A DNA stretch of 22,588 nt from Promethearchaeota archaeon (GCA_016930515.1 JAFGGO010000007.1:1-22588), one strand, 5' to 3'. Shown: positions 7,946-17,976, counted from the first letter of the stretch. The notes: generated by a model not told the origin, from the letters alone. Translations and numbers: made by a program.

Positions 7946-9184
7946 TTAAAGTGCTTTTTTTATCAATTCAGAAATATCAAGGGCTTTTATTTCTTTTGAA
8001 TTAATATTTGTTTTAAATTGATTCAAACAAAACGGGCAGCACGAGATAATGGCATCGGCAGTTGTATTTTTTGCTTCTTCTATTCGCTCCCTAGCCGCAA
8101 ATTGCGACATTTCCTTGAATGCCGATCGAACGCCTCCCCCAGAACCACAACACCAAGCATTATGCCTATTCCTAGGCATTTCCACGAGTTCCACACCGGG
8201 AACGCTTTGTATGAGTTCCCTTGGCTGCTGGTACATTCCCATGTGCCTGCCAATATGGCAAGGATCGTGATAGGTGAGTTTCATATCCAGCTTATTGGTA
8301 AGTTTTAATTCTCCAGTTTTTATCTTTTCTAACAAGAACTCGGGCAAGTGAACGATTTCAATTCCGTGTTTCAAGTCTAATTTCTTGGGATAAACTTCCT
8401 TGAGCGTTCGATAGCATCCCGCGCAAGATGTGATGATCTTTTCAATTCCAGCATCTTTAAATTTCCTGATATTAATCTCCGCTATCTCTCTGGCCTTGTC
8501 AATTTGACCGGTCATGAATACGGGCGAACCACAACAGCTTTCGTTATTTAGGATTTGAAAATCTTCGTTCAAGTAGTTTAATAGTTCAACAGTAGCAATA
8601 GCAATGTTTTGCTCTCTATAACTTGAAGTACACCCTACAAAATATGCTAATTTAGAATCTGAAGTTAGATCTAGATCCGAGGGAAGCCAAGCAAGCCTTT
8701 CAGAACGCTTTTCCATATACGGGTTGTCCTGATTGAAAATTGATTCCGTGTATTTCACATGTTCTGGCATCGGACCGTATCCTAATTTAACTGCTTCTTC
8801 TCTCATGGCAATTAACCATTCACCTGCGTAGGCGTGAATCTCTGGAATTTGACACTGTTGTGTGCACGCCAAGCATACCGAACAGTGGTAAAAAATCCTT
8901 GCCAAGTTATTAGTCCACTTGATCTTTCCTGAGGTGATTGCCCAAGTAAGCAGATTTTTACCACCTAAATAATAAGGTTCGAACTTCCCAAATTCTCCCG
9001 ATGGACAAATTCGAGCCCAATTCACATCTTGAAAGACGGTCCTGCATGTTCCACATTTACCACATTGGTACACCACATCTTTGTAATGTATTATATCCCT
9101 GTTCCGCGAAATGTCGTGCTCTTCTTGTTTGAAATCAACTTTGCTAATTCCCGTCCCTCTTTGATACCTTAGCTTTTTTCCCAT
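7946..9184 (-). CDS. (Fe-S)-binding oxidoreductase, GlcF/HdrD-like: two [4Fe-4S] motifs plus two CCG domains
   Basis: CGKCGTC...CP and CSVCLACTQQC; GC...CCG...CAGC; HDPCH...CCG...CPFC. Confidence 0.92.
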   Translation of the reverse strand: MGKKLRYQRGTGISKVDFKQEEHDISRNRDIIHYKDVVYQCGKCGTCRTVFQDVNWARICPSGEFGKFEPYYLGGKNLLTWAITSGKIKWTNNLARIFYHCSVCLACTQQCQIPEIHAYAGEWLIAMREEAVKLGYGPMPEHVKYTESIFNQDNPYMEKRSERLAWLPSDLDLTSDSKLAYFVGCTSSYREQNIAIATVELLNYLNEDFQILNNESCCGSPVFMTGQIDKAREIAEINIRKFKDAGIEKIITSCAGCYRTLKEVYPKKLDLKHGIEIVHLPEFLLEKIKTGELKLTNKLDMKLTYHDPCHIGRHMGMYQQPRELIQSVPGVELVEMPRNRHNAWCCGSGGGVRSAFKEMSQFAARERIEEAKNTTADAIISCCPFCLNQFKTNINSKEIKALDISELIKKAL

Positions 9185-9185
9185 A

Positions 9186-10604
9186 TTAATCGCCCCAACC
9201 GTGTCCTGGATTCATGATGCCGTTTGGATCCAAGAGTTTTTTCACTTTTTTCGTCAATTCTACCGTTGCTGGTAACATCTTTTTCTCATACACCTCGTGT
9301 GCCCATTGTGGTGCCTTATACATAACTACACCGTCAATAGATTGTACCTCGTCGTGAATTTCTTTTAGTATTTCTCGAGCGGATTGGATTTCTTTTAGGT
9401 CGTCTTTGTTGAAGTTCACATTCGTTCTTGCAACCACATAATGGCCTCCAAAAAGAATCCGACCGTAAAATTGTGGCGTGTGTCCGTATTTAAGAGTAAC
9501 TTTTCTAGAAAGCTCGTAATATTTGACCACATCACGAGAAGAGCAATAACTTCCGATCCATTGCCCCCCTCCACCTCGAGAGAAGTTCCAACAACCCCAT
9601 AAGTGAATTGGCATTTCACTTCCGATATTAGCTCCTCCTTTTGGTAATTTGAGACCTCCTTCTCTTATGATTTCTTCGATTGCTTCGCATTGCGCGTCGT
9701 GCTGTTTTTCGGTGTACGCCTGTGTGGTAATAAAAGAAAAGAAGTCTGGCAAGTTTGATTCAAAAGCATCTCGAGGAACCTTTTTCTCGTTTGCTTCCAT
9801 GGTTGATTGGAGCCAGCCGTAGTTCTGGAATACTATATCACAAATTCCTAACCCTGCTTTTGATAATTTTGATAATATTGGATATCCGAGGCTAAAAGAT
9901 CTCCCAATTGCAGTATAATCTTTTCTAAACGGTAATTTAGGCCATAATTTGATTGCTGCTTTCGTAACGATTCCGGTAGAACCTTCCCATCCAATGAACA
10001 AGCCCGCTAAATCAGGTAGGGGTTGTCTTCCGTACCAACAATCAGAAAGGCTGCAGGAACCTACTCTTATTAATTCGCCAGATCCAAGCACGACTTCTAA
10101 GCCATTTATGAATTCTGCTCCCGTACCTCCCAAGTTCCCAAGATCAAACATGCCGTAACATAAACAAGAAGCCACGACTCCTGTACCTGGAGGTGACCAT
10201 GTAATACCTGCTCTTAAGTCTGGATGGTACTTCCCTAGATGTCCTTGAAGGTCAGCCCACGTGATTCCTCCTTCTATTAAGGCGTACATGTCGTCCTTGT
10301 TGACCTCTAAAATGCGATTTAACCTCCTCAAATCAACGACAATACCCCCTTTCAATGGTGTTGCTGTAGATCCGAAATTGATTCCAGAAACCCAGGGTAT
10401 TACTGGAATTTTAAGTTTATTTGCAACTTTTACAATTTGTTGGATTTCTTCAGCAGATTCAGGCATGACAACGATATCACATTGACCTTCAGGTTCTGCG
10501 GTAATAAAATCATAATGATATAAATATCGCATTTCGGGATCGTTCGATACATTTTGTTCCCCCACTATTTTTACTATTTCTTCGAATGCGTTATCTAATT
10601 CCAT
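9186..10604 (-). CDS. FAD-binding oxidoreductase, VAO/PCMH (GlcD-like) superfamily
   Basis: VVMPESAEEIQQIV, VDLRRLNRILEV, GLEVVLGSGELI, EGSTGIVTKA and LDPNGIMNPG motifs. It lies 1 nt from the Fe-S gene, indicating an operon. Confidence 0.92.
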   Translation of the reverse strand: MELDNAFEEIVKIVGEQNVSNDPEMRYLYHYDFITAEPEGQCDIVVMPESAEEIQQIVKVANKLKIPVIPWVSGINFGSTATPLKGGIVVDLRRLNRILEVNKDDMYALIEGGITWADLQGHLGKYHPDLRAGITWSPPGTGVVASCLCYGMFDLGNLGGTGAEFINGLEVVLGSGELIRVGSCSLSDCWYGRQPLPDLAGLFIGWEGSTGIVTKAAIKLWPKLPFRKDYTAIGRSFSLGYPILSKLSKAGLGICDIVFQNYGWLQSTMEANEKKVPRDAFESNLPDFFSFITTQAYTEKQHDAQCEAIEEIIREGGLKLPKGGANIGSEMPIHLWGCWNFSRGGGGQWIGSYCSSRDVVKYYELSRKVTLKYGHTPQFYGRILFGGHYVVARTNVNFNKDDLKEIQSAREILKEIHDEVQSIDGVVMYKAPQWAHEVYEKKMLPATVELTKKVKKLLDPNGIMNPGHGWGD

Positions 10605-10757
10605 TTAACCATCTACCTATCTTGCATTTCTTAAGAATAATCTAATAGCACATAAAAAGTCTATTACAATCATGAAGTGAATCTAAAGAAATTATATAAT
10701 TTAATATATTATACCTATTTAGGATTAGATTGTCAATTTTCGATTTTTAGATTTAAA

Positions 10758-11849
10758 ATGAAAAAGAATATCAAGATTTTTGGTGCATCGTTGGATGCAA
10801 CCGATTTGCCCCTCTCTATCAAAACGAAATTGCTATATTTAGATCGACGGCTACGAAAGGAAATTCCAGAACCAAGCTTCTTCGATCCTTACGATGGGAT
10901 TCTATTGTATTCCAAAATATTATCGAACGATAAGTACTTAAAAATCGGAAAAATCCCAATTAAGACTTGGCTAACTCCGAAGCCTTGCATCGAAGATATT
11001 TCAAGAATCAATCAACTCGCATTTCAAAAGTTCTCCAATGATGGATTGGTCGAGAAGTATTCTAATGAGGTAGAACAACTTGTTAAAAGCAAGGTTTTAC
11101 CTGACATTCCACTCATGATAGGAGTAGATCATTCATTAACCGGAGGCGTATTAAGGGCGTTGTCCCAAAAATATGGTCCCGAAAATATTTTAATCGTAAT
11201 TTTTGACGCTCATTTCGACGGAATTCCGGCTAAAGTAGCAGTAAATATTGCGCGATATTTTCAAGATCATCCGGACCAATCGAATCTTTTAGTCCCTGAA
11301 CTCGCTTATGAAATGACTAGCGATATTAAAAACACTTACACTTGCGCATCTTTTTTATATTATTTGATAGAAGACGCCATAATATTACCCGAAAATGTCA
11401 TAATATTCGGTTGTCAAGATTATCCTAGAGGTGAATTTCGTGCAATTGAAGATCCGAGAATAATAGAATATGTTAATTTTTTTGATCGAATGGAATCAAA
11501 TGGCGTTTCATTCGTTCCGAAAATTAGGCCCGAAGAAATGATAAGTGCTCTCTCCTCTAAATTAGAACGAGTTAAAAAGCCATATTTGTATATTTCGTGC
11601 GATGTCGATGTTGGAGCCCTTAAAGACATAATCGCCTCGAGATATAAAAACGCAATTGGCATCGAAAAATCTACTCTGATACAAGCATTCCAAGTATTAA
11701 AAAATACCATTGATTCTTCAGATTGCGAATTGATTGGACTTGATTTCATGGAAATCGATACTTTCCTGCTTAATAGGTATTTTCCCAAAACCCAAAGGAA
11801 AGATTCAACGATAGAAATAATAGATGCTTTATTAAAAATCTTGTTTTAA
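10758..11849 (+). CDS. Arginase/ureohydrolase family protein (divergent)
   Basis: GVDHS, DAHFD, SCDVDV and DFME metal-binding motifs. ATG at 10758 preferred over GTG at 10677. Confidence 0.85.
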   Translation: MKKNIKIFGASLDATDLPLSIKTKLLYLDRRLRKEIPEPSFFDPYDGILLYSKILSNDKYLKIGKIPIKTWLTPKPCIEDISRINQLAFQKFSNDGLVEKYSNEVEQLVKSKVLPDIPLMIGVDHSLTGGVLRALSQKYGPENILIVIFDAHFDGIPAKVAVNIARYFQDHPDQSNLLVPELAYEMTSDIKNTYTCASFLYYLIEDAIILPENVIIFGCQDYPRGEFRAIEDPRIIEYVNFFDRMESNGVSFVPKIRPEEMISALSSKLERVKKPYLYISCDVDVGALKDIIASRYKNAIGIEKSTLIQAFQVLKNTIDSSDCELIGLDFMEIDTFLLNRYFPKTQRKDSTIEIIDALLKILF

Positions 11850-11901
11850 GAGTTAAGTGAAATAAGACAACGTGTTTAGAACGATTTTGATGAATTTTCT
11901 C

Positions 11902-13329
11902 TTAATTATTATTTAGTTTATTTGAGATTGTTTTTGTTAAGGTTTTAATCATTAGCGGTATTCCGTTGATCATCGATCGACTGTAAAAACGAGGTGCGTG
12001 AAAAGGTAACCCTCGTTTTATTATTAAACGCTTAAATGCGTCTTTAGGATTAAAGTTTACCTCGTGATATGCTCTTTCTAAATAAGTACATAGCATATCG
12101 GACGATAAATGGTCGTATCTAATCGTTGGTGCCGACCAGCTGAAATAACGCCAATCTTTCGTGAGTAATCGATCTTCTTGTAAAACCTGTTTCATTAATT
12201 GAGTTCCAGGAAACGATGTCAATAAAGAAAAAGTGGGAAGATCTATGTCTAAGGAGTTTGCGATATCTATCGTGGATTGAAGGTCCTGTTCTTTATCTTC
12301 TAAATCCGCACCAATTATGATATTGCCTTGAATTATATACCCCATATCGTGAAGGATTTTAATTGATTGCTTGATTTGTTCGAATTCAGTTCTTTTATTC
12401 ATTTTTTTTAAAGTCCGATCAGAAAAACTTTCAATTCCCAAAAACAGGAACACGAATCCCGCATCTGCCATTTTTTTGAAAATCTCGGGATGATTTACAA
12501 TCATGTCTACTCGCGCCTGCGCCATGAAATATTTGTTAATCCTTTCTCGAATGATGGCTTCGCACAGTTTCATGGTATATTTCTTGTTCACGACGAAGTT
12601 ATCGTCGACAACATAGACAATACTTGCGTGGTTCTTGATTTCTTTCGTTTTTAATTCCCTAATTATATCATCAATGCTTCTTTGCCGGTAGGTTGATCGA
12701 TAAAAATGGTGAATGCAGCAAAAATTACAATCATAAGGACATCCCCGGCTGGTTTCGATGCTATCAACTGAAAAACCAAAATAATTGTAAGTCTTTTTTG
12801 CCTCAGGAGAACGATATTCGCGAGCGGGTAATTGAATGTCTTTTAGGTCCATTAAGTCTCGATCAGGATTGTGGACGATATTTCCATTATTTTTATAAGA
12901 TAAGCCTTGAACTCCAATCGGGTTATTATTTTTTATTAATTCTCGAAATGTGATTTCTCCTTCGGCTTTTACCACGATATCGACAAATGGGGATTTTAAC
13001 GTGTCATCAACTGCCAAAGATGGATGCCAACCCCCCAAAACCGTTTTACATCCATAAGATTTAGCAATACTAGCAATCTTTATTGCTCTATTGATTTGAA
13101 AGCTATAATTACAACTAATTCCAACATAATCTGGTTTATGGATTTTGATCTGATATTCTATAGTTTTTAAAGTCACGCTTTTAAGACGCTCGTCTAACAT
13201 GTAAACGCTTGCGATATCTTTGATATAGGCCGCTAGATATTCTAAACCCAATGGAGGGAAAATTAGATTCGGTAAGATTCCTATTCTATCAGAGGTGGGA
13301 TTATCGGGCGTGATTAATAATATTCGCAT
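11902..13329 (-). CDS. B12-binding domain radical SAM protein
   Basis: N-terminal cobalamin-binding domain (PPLGLEYLAA, VGIS, GGWHPS, EGE), then SRGCPYDCNFC (CxxxCxxC), DDNF and GIES. Confidence 0.95.
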   Translation of the reverse strand: MRILLITPDNPTSDRIGILPNLIFPPLGLEYLAAYIKDIASVYMLDERLKSVTLKTIEYQIKIHKPDYVGISCNYSFQINRAIKIASIAKSYGCKTVLGGWHPSLAVDDTLKSPFVDIVVKAEGEITFRELIKNNNPIGVQGLSYKNNGNIVHNPDRDLMDLKDIQLPAREYRSPEAKKTYNYFGFSVDSIETSRGCPYDCNFCCIHHFYRSTYRQRSIDDIIRELKTKEIKNHASIVYVVDDNFVVNKKYTMKLCEAIIRERINKYFMAQARVDMIVNHPEIFKKMADAGFVFLFLGIESFSDRTLKKMNKRTEFEQIKQSIKILHDMGYIIQGNIIIGADLEDKEQDLQSTIDIANSLDIDLPTFSLLTSFPGTQLMKQVLQEDRLLTKDWRYFSWSAPTIRYDHLSSDMLCTYLERAYHEVNFNPKDAFKRLIIKRGLPFHAPRFYSRSMINGIPLMIKTLTKTISNKLNNN

Positions 13330-13526
13330 GGTAAAGTCGTTCGTTTTTCAATGAAATAGGTATTGTTAGATAAAAAGTATATTACATTTGAACCTTATTA
13401 TTGTTTCTCTAGAAATATATATGAGATATTAAAAGTGTATGATAAAGATTATTGCAATAAACAAGGATAATACTCATATTTTTTAATTTAGTTCAAGAAA
13501 GGATAATTAAGTAAAAAAAGATAATT

Positions 13527-15695
13527 TTATTTTGATTTTCGAATTTTGTTGATGAGCACGATGGTACTGACACTAACTAAACTTAAAATCAATAAGAGAT
13601 CGAAACCTATTATTGTAGAATCGTCTACTTTTACGAAGATGTAATTCGTCAATATTATAAAATCAAACTCGCCATCTGAATCCATAACCATGAGACTCAC
13701 CGAATAAGATCCAATATTTTTATAAGTATGCACAGGATCTCTTTCGGTTGAATTTTCACCATCACCAAAATCCCAATAATACGAAGTGGGCGTGTTTCCT
13801 TCCGAACCGGTAAATATAAATGCGACTTCCTCATTTGGTTTTATAGAAGTTTTATCGGAAGTAAAATTTGCCGTCGGTTGGGTGTCCAAAATTAAGGAAT
13901 ATCCGAGTTGACTGTTATTATAATCGCATTCAATGGCCAATATTCCGTTTGATGTGTACCTGTATTCTATTCGAATGGTGCAAAAAATTGGGTATGTGTA
14001 ATTCCATTCAACTGCGAAACCATCTTCGAGCGATTCAAACACGTTATCAGAATTCACGAAAAGTGGATCCTGCCTCATATTCTCTGTAAATTCATTCCAG
14101 TCCATCTTGTTATTAGAAAATAATGGTTGTCCTAAGGATCCAAATCTTGAATCGTTATAGACATAAGAATGAACATTTGATGAATATGGAAACCAAGTAT
14201 CGTTAATTAGAATAGTTGTGTGAAAAGCAATCAAAGTGCGCCCATTGATGGTATCTTCTCCCGATATTGCGTCTATTTCTATTCTCATCCTTTCGAACAT
14301 CCTATTTGGGTCAGAATAGATAAATACTTCGGAATCAAAGAATGGATCATATTCGTATATATCACCTTCGTTCACGCCTACATAAGAGGGCTTCGGACCA
14401 TCGTGATATCTTATGAAATTAAAAATATTTTTTTCAAAATATGGTAAAGACCAGTCACATAGGATTATTGAAAGGCGTTCTAAAACACCATTAGCGTCAT
14501 ACATAATTCTAATTTCGTAATCCATTCCACCGCTGTCTATTATTTGAAATTCACCAGTAATTCGATTGAAATAAATATTGTTTGAATATGGTAGTGATGC
14601 TTTATACAGGTATAACGCACCGGGATTTGGAACTATTAGCGGATATAGCGCGAAGAAGACGTTTTCCTCGGGATTCTTTGCGTACGATTGATTCAATGAA
14701 TCGTTTGATAGTAAAAATTGATTGTCCTTGTTAATAAAATCCCAAGTATCGTAATTAAGGAAAAGATGGGTACCATTTTCACTATTTTCGGTAATGTTAA
14801 TTTTCATCTTTTCGAGATCGTTTGGTATTGTATTAAATCCTAATTGATCGTACCAATCTGAACCAAATATATCTGTCATGTTCTTTTGATCAACATTGGT
14901 TACCATCCATATTATTTCTTCTTCGGGTTCAACAGAAAAATTGAAATCAACAGGGATTAGGGGTTCTGGAGTAAATTCTATTGCTTTTCCGATGAGTGGT
15001 TCCGTAGGTTCGAACAAGTTAAAGTTTGTCAAATCACCATGATCTAATCCAATAGTGGTTGGATGTGGACTACTCGCTAATGTGGTCTCGTTTACTTCCT
15101 TATATTGAAATTTGATTGTTCCACTTTCGTAGAGAATGATTTCAAATGATCCTAAGTGCGATGTAATAGTCTCCCAACCCATGTCTTCTTTACCACTGAC
15201 ATTAAAAAACTCTATGACTAATCGATTCGGACCAGTGAGAAATTCATAATAGATTCCTGGTGTAATTTCTAAGCCTGTAGATAAAAGTGCTATTAAATTC
15301 TCGTTTTCACTCGAAACTGCGGGTATTTCGACATGATTTTCACTATTTTGAAGAAAGGTAAAATAACCATAACCCTCGTGATAAATCTCGTCAAATTCTT
15401 CACCGTAAAAAGTGAAATTCCACCCTTCGCTAAAGGAAATGTTTTCTTCAAATATTGACATCAATGTGCCTGTACTATTTATTTCGATCCAATCGAAATT
15501 TGCACTCGTATTCATCAAATATCCTCCTCCGTTAAAATCTGCAGTATCAAGCCCAATTAACGAATTCTCATTTTTAATTTCATTTTCATTATTTATATTC
15601 ATTTTTTTACCAGAATTAACGAAACAAAAGGAAATAACAAAACATAGAATTAAAATAAATGAAATTGTTCTTTTTCTCAATATTTTTCTCTCCAA
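13527..15695 (-). CDS. Large surface protein: signal/TM, nidogen(NIDO)-like domain, two beta-rich repeats, PKD domain and Loki-CTERM-like anchor
   Basis: FTFYG...GYFTF...FEIILYESGTIKFQY is NIDO-like. PTANF...YYWDFGDG...PVHTY...YSVSLMV is a PKD domain. IIGF + TM + KIRKSK forms the anchor. Many NxS/T sequons. TTG start. Confidence 0.85.
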   Translation of the reverse strand: MERKILRKRTISFILILCFVISFCFVNSGKKMNINNENEIKNENSLIGLDTADFNGGGYLMNTSANFDWIEINSTGTLMSIFEENISFSEGWNFTFYGEEFDEIYHEGYGYFTFLQNSENHVEIPAVSSENENLIALLSTGLEITPGIYYEFLTGPNRLVIEFFNVSGKEDMGWETITSHLGSFEIILYESGTIKFQYKEVNETTLASSPHPTTIGLDHGDLTNFNLFEPTEPLIGKAIEFTPEPLIPVDFNFSVEPEEEIIWMVTNVDQKNMTDIFGSDWYDQLGFNTIPNDLEKMKINITENSENGTHLFLNYDTWDFINKDNQFLLSNDSLNQSYAKNPEENVFFALYPLIVPNPGALYLYKASLPYSNNIYFNRITGEFQIIDSGGMDYEIRIMYDANGVLERLSIILCDWSLPYFEKNIFNFIRYHDGPKPSYVGVNEGDIYEYDPFFDSEVFIYSDPNRMFERMRIEIDAISGEDTINGRTLIAFHTTILINDTWFPYSSNVHSYVYNDSRFGSLGQPLFSNNKMDWNEFTENMRQDPLFVNSDNVFESLEDGFAVEWNYTYPIFCTIRIEYRYTSNGILAIECDYNNSQLGYSLILDTQPTANFTSDKTSIKPNEEVAFIFTGSEGNTPTSYYWDFGDGENSTERDPVHTYKNIGSYSVSLMVMDSDGEFDFIILTNYIFVKVDDSTIIGFDLLLILSLVSVSTIVLINKIRKSK

Positions 15696-15998
15696 AATTT
15701 TTGTTGAAATTTTGTACTTTTTATTTGTGAATGATTTTTGTGCTGAAAATAATTTAATATGCCTAAGAATGTTCTAAAAAATTTAAGTAATTTGTAATTC
15801 TTAATTGCTTCTTCTTTTTAATTCTACAACGCGTCATTATTACATCGCAAAAATAAAAGATTATATCCCATAAATGTATATTTTGATTGAATTTTGAAGT
15901 CTTATTTCAAAAACTTACCACTTAGTTTTAAATATAAATTTAAGTTATTGAATGTTAGATTTTAATACAAAATTTGAAATCAGAAAGAGAAAATTAAT

Positions 15999-16805
15999 AT
16001 GGAGAGTTTCAAAGAATTATTCAACCCACTTGAAAGGGCTCGTGTTATTGAGGTTTTATTCGGAATAATTACACTTATTGTTATTATTGCAATAGTTATT
16101 GTTGCGAGTGTGATTAACGGAATTCTTGATCCGTTCATAATTGCTATTGTTTTCATTATTATTTGCGGAGTGGGCCTAAGCATATTAATTTATAGAGAAC
16201 ATAAAAATAAACCAACTGAAAAAAAAGCACGAGATCTCTCTAATCAAGGATTATATGCTAAATCAATTGAGTATTATCAAAGGTTACTGGCAAAACAGCC
16301 AATAAATGTTAGCATGTGGTTGGAATTAGCACGAGTCTATGAAAAGAAAAAAATGCACTCCGAAGCACTCAATGCCTATAATGTTATTCTTGAAATTGAT
16401 CCTAATAATAACGAAGTAAAAGAACATATTATATCAATTAATAATGAAAAAGAATCTGAATTCATCAGATCTAACCTAAACAAATCAATTAAAGTAATAC
16501 AAAAAAATAAGAAAATTGTCTCGAATAAAACACCTCATCAAATGGAAAACTATCATATTAGCAGGATTTCAATCGAAAGCGATGATGAATATGCACCAGA
16601 AGAAAGGGAAGAATTGTTAAAGACCGAATTAGAACTTGAATTGCACGTTAAAGAGTTTATTTGTGCCGTTCATAAAGGACCGGTTAGTGGACTTGATGTA
16701 TATATATGTCCTAAATGTGCTATGGTGTATTGTCGAGCGTGCGCTCAAGCAATTAAAACAAGGGGAGATTATTGTTGGTTTTGTCGTGCTAACTTAGAAT
16801 TATAA
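15999..16805 (+). CDS. Membrane protein with 2 TM helices, TPR repeats and a C-terminal 8-ligand zinc finger
   Basis: Two hydrophobic helices; TPR pattern WLELARVY...EALNAYNVILEIDPNN; C-x2-H-x11-C-x2-C-x4-C-x2-C-x10-C-x2-C. Confidence 0.85.
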   Translation: MESFKELFNPLERARVIEVLFGIITLIVIIAIVIVASVINGILDPFIIAIVFIIICGVGLSILIYREHKNKPTEKKARDLSNQGLYAKSIEYYQRLLAKQPINVSMWLELARVYEKKKMHSEALNAYNVILEIDPNNNEVKEHIISINNEKESEFIRSNLNKSIKVIQKNKKIVSNKTPHQMENYHISRISIESDDEYAPEEREELLKTELELELHVKEFICAVHKGPVSGLDVYICPKCAMVYCRACAQAIKTRGDYCWFCRANLEL

Positions 16806-17014
16806 ATAGATATACTTTATTAAAAGAATATTCGTAAAAAAACCAGATATTAAATTCTAATAATATTTAAGCAAAAAAATTGATTCGAACAATCAAGAAT
16901 ACAATATAGATATCTAAATTAAAAAAAATAATCAACTTTCTTGTGATAAATGTATTATATTTTTAGAAGAAATCATTAATTTAGGTGAAGATATATGATA
17001 TTTAGATAATTTGA

Positions 17015-17036
17015 TCGTGAAACTAAACTTTCACGA
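17015..17036. promoter_or_regulatory. Perfect inverted repeat, possible operator
   Basis: TCGTGAAA-N6-TTTCACGA in a long intergenic region. The half-site TCGTGAAA recurs at 17277-17284. Confidence 0.35.
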
Positions 17037-17420
17037 ACCTTCATTAATATTATTATATCACAGACACAATTCCTAAATAATATGTTCATTTGATTAATTT
17101 CTGAAAAAATAACAGAAGAAAATAAAAAAAATTTGACTCTTTCTTTAAATAAATATAATTAAAAGAAAAGAAAAAAGAGAAATTAAGCAAAAAAGATTTA
17201 GACCTAAGGAGAAGTGATAATCGTATTCTCTGCAACTATATCGGTGGCACTTGGGTTATTAATTGCTAATTTGACATCGTGAAATATGTTATGTGTAGCA
17301 ACCATTTTTAGGAATAATACTTAGAATTCCGGAGGAAGATCATATTTGGCAAAATATAAAAATTTAAAAATAAATTCTTTTACTTTTTGTAATAATTATC
17401 TTTAAATTGAGGTATTGTAA

Positions 17421-17834
17421 ATGGCAAAAATAATACAAAAAAAAAGTACTCATGTTTTAACTGATTATGAAGAAGATAGATACATGCATATTGAATGGAA
17501 ATCGATAGTAACTGGAAAACAAATGAAAAAAATATTAGAAAAAATATATAAATTTTATAAAAAGAATGGTTATTCTCGCATGCTTACTGATATGACAAAC
17601 ATGGGCGTGCTTGAGCCAGAATTTCAAGAGTGGTTTCTTAACGATTGGTATCCCAGAATGATTCAAATTGGATGCCTCTATTATGCATCCCTCACATCAG
17701 CATCAGCAGCCGCAGCAATGGCAGTAGATCTAGCAGATGAAAAAGCAGAAGAGATTCGTCAGGCAGATGGTAATGCCCAATCGCTTTTCTTTGTTGACAT
17801 TGAAAAAGCTAGAACATGGCTTATTAACCAATAA
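17421..17834 (+). CDS. STAS/SEC14 (SpoIIAA-like) domain protein
   Basis: HIEW...RMLTDMT...QEWF...WYPRM...FFVDIEKARTWL pattern typical of this family. GAGGT SD lies upstream. Confidence 0.75.
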   Translation: MAKIIQKKSTHVLTDYEEDRYMHIEWKSIVTGKQMKKILEKIYKFYKKNGYSRMLTDMTNMGVLEPEFQEWFLNDWYPRMIQIGCLYYASLTSASAAAAMAVDLADEKAEEIRQADGNAQSLFFVDIEKARTWLINQ

Positions 17835-17960
17835 TAAAATCTGTTAATTTATTTTAACTCTTTTTCATTATTTTTATTTAATAAAAAAAATGAGGAAATA
17901 GAAATAGAACATTGAGAAAAAAATTATCATCGTTACGATTATACCCAATCGATTAAAAAA

Positions 17961-17976
17961 AAAAAGATTTATATAA
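17961..17976 (+). promoter_or_regulatory. BRE-TATA promoter of the MCP gene
   Basis: AAAAAGA-TTTATATAA about 55 nt upstream of ATG 18030. Confidence 0.45.
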
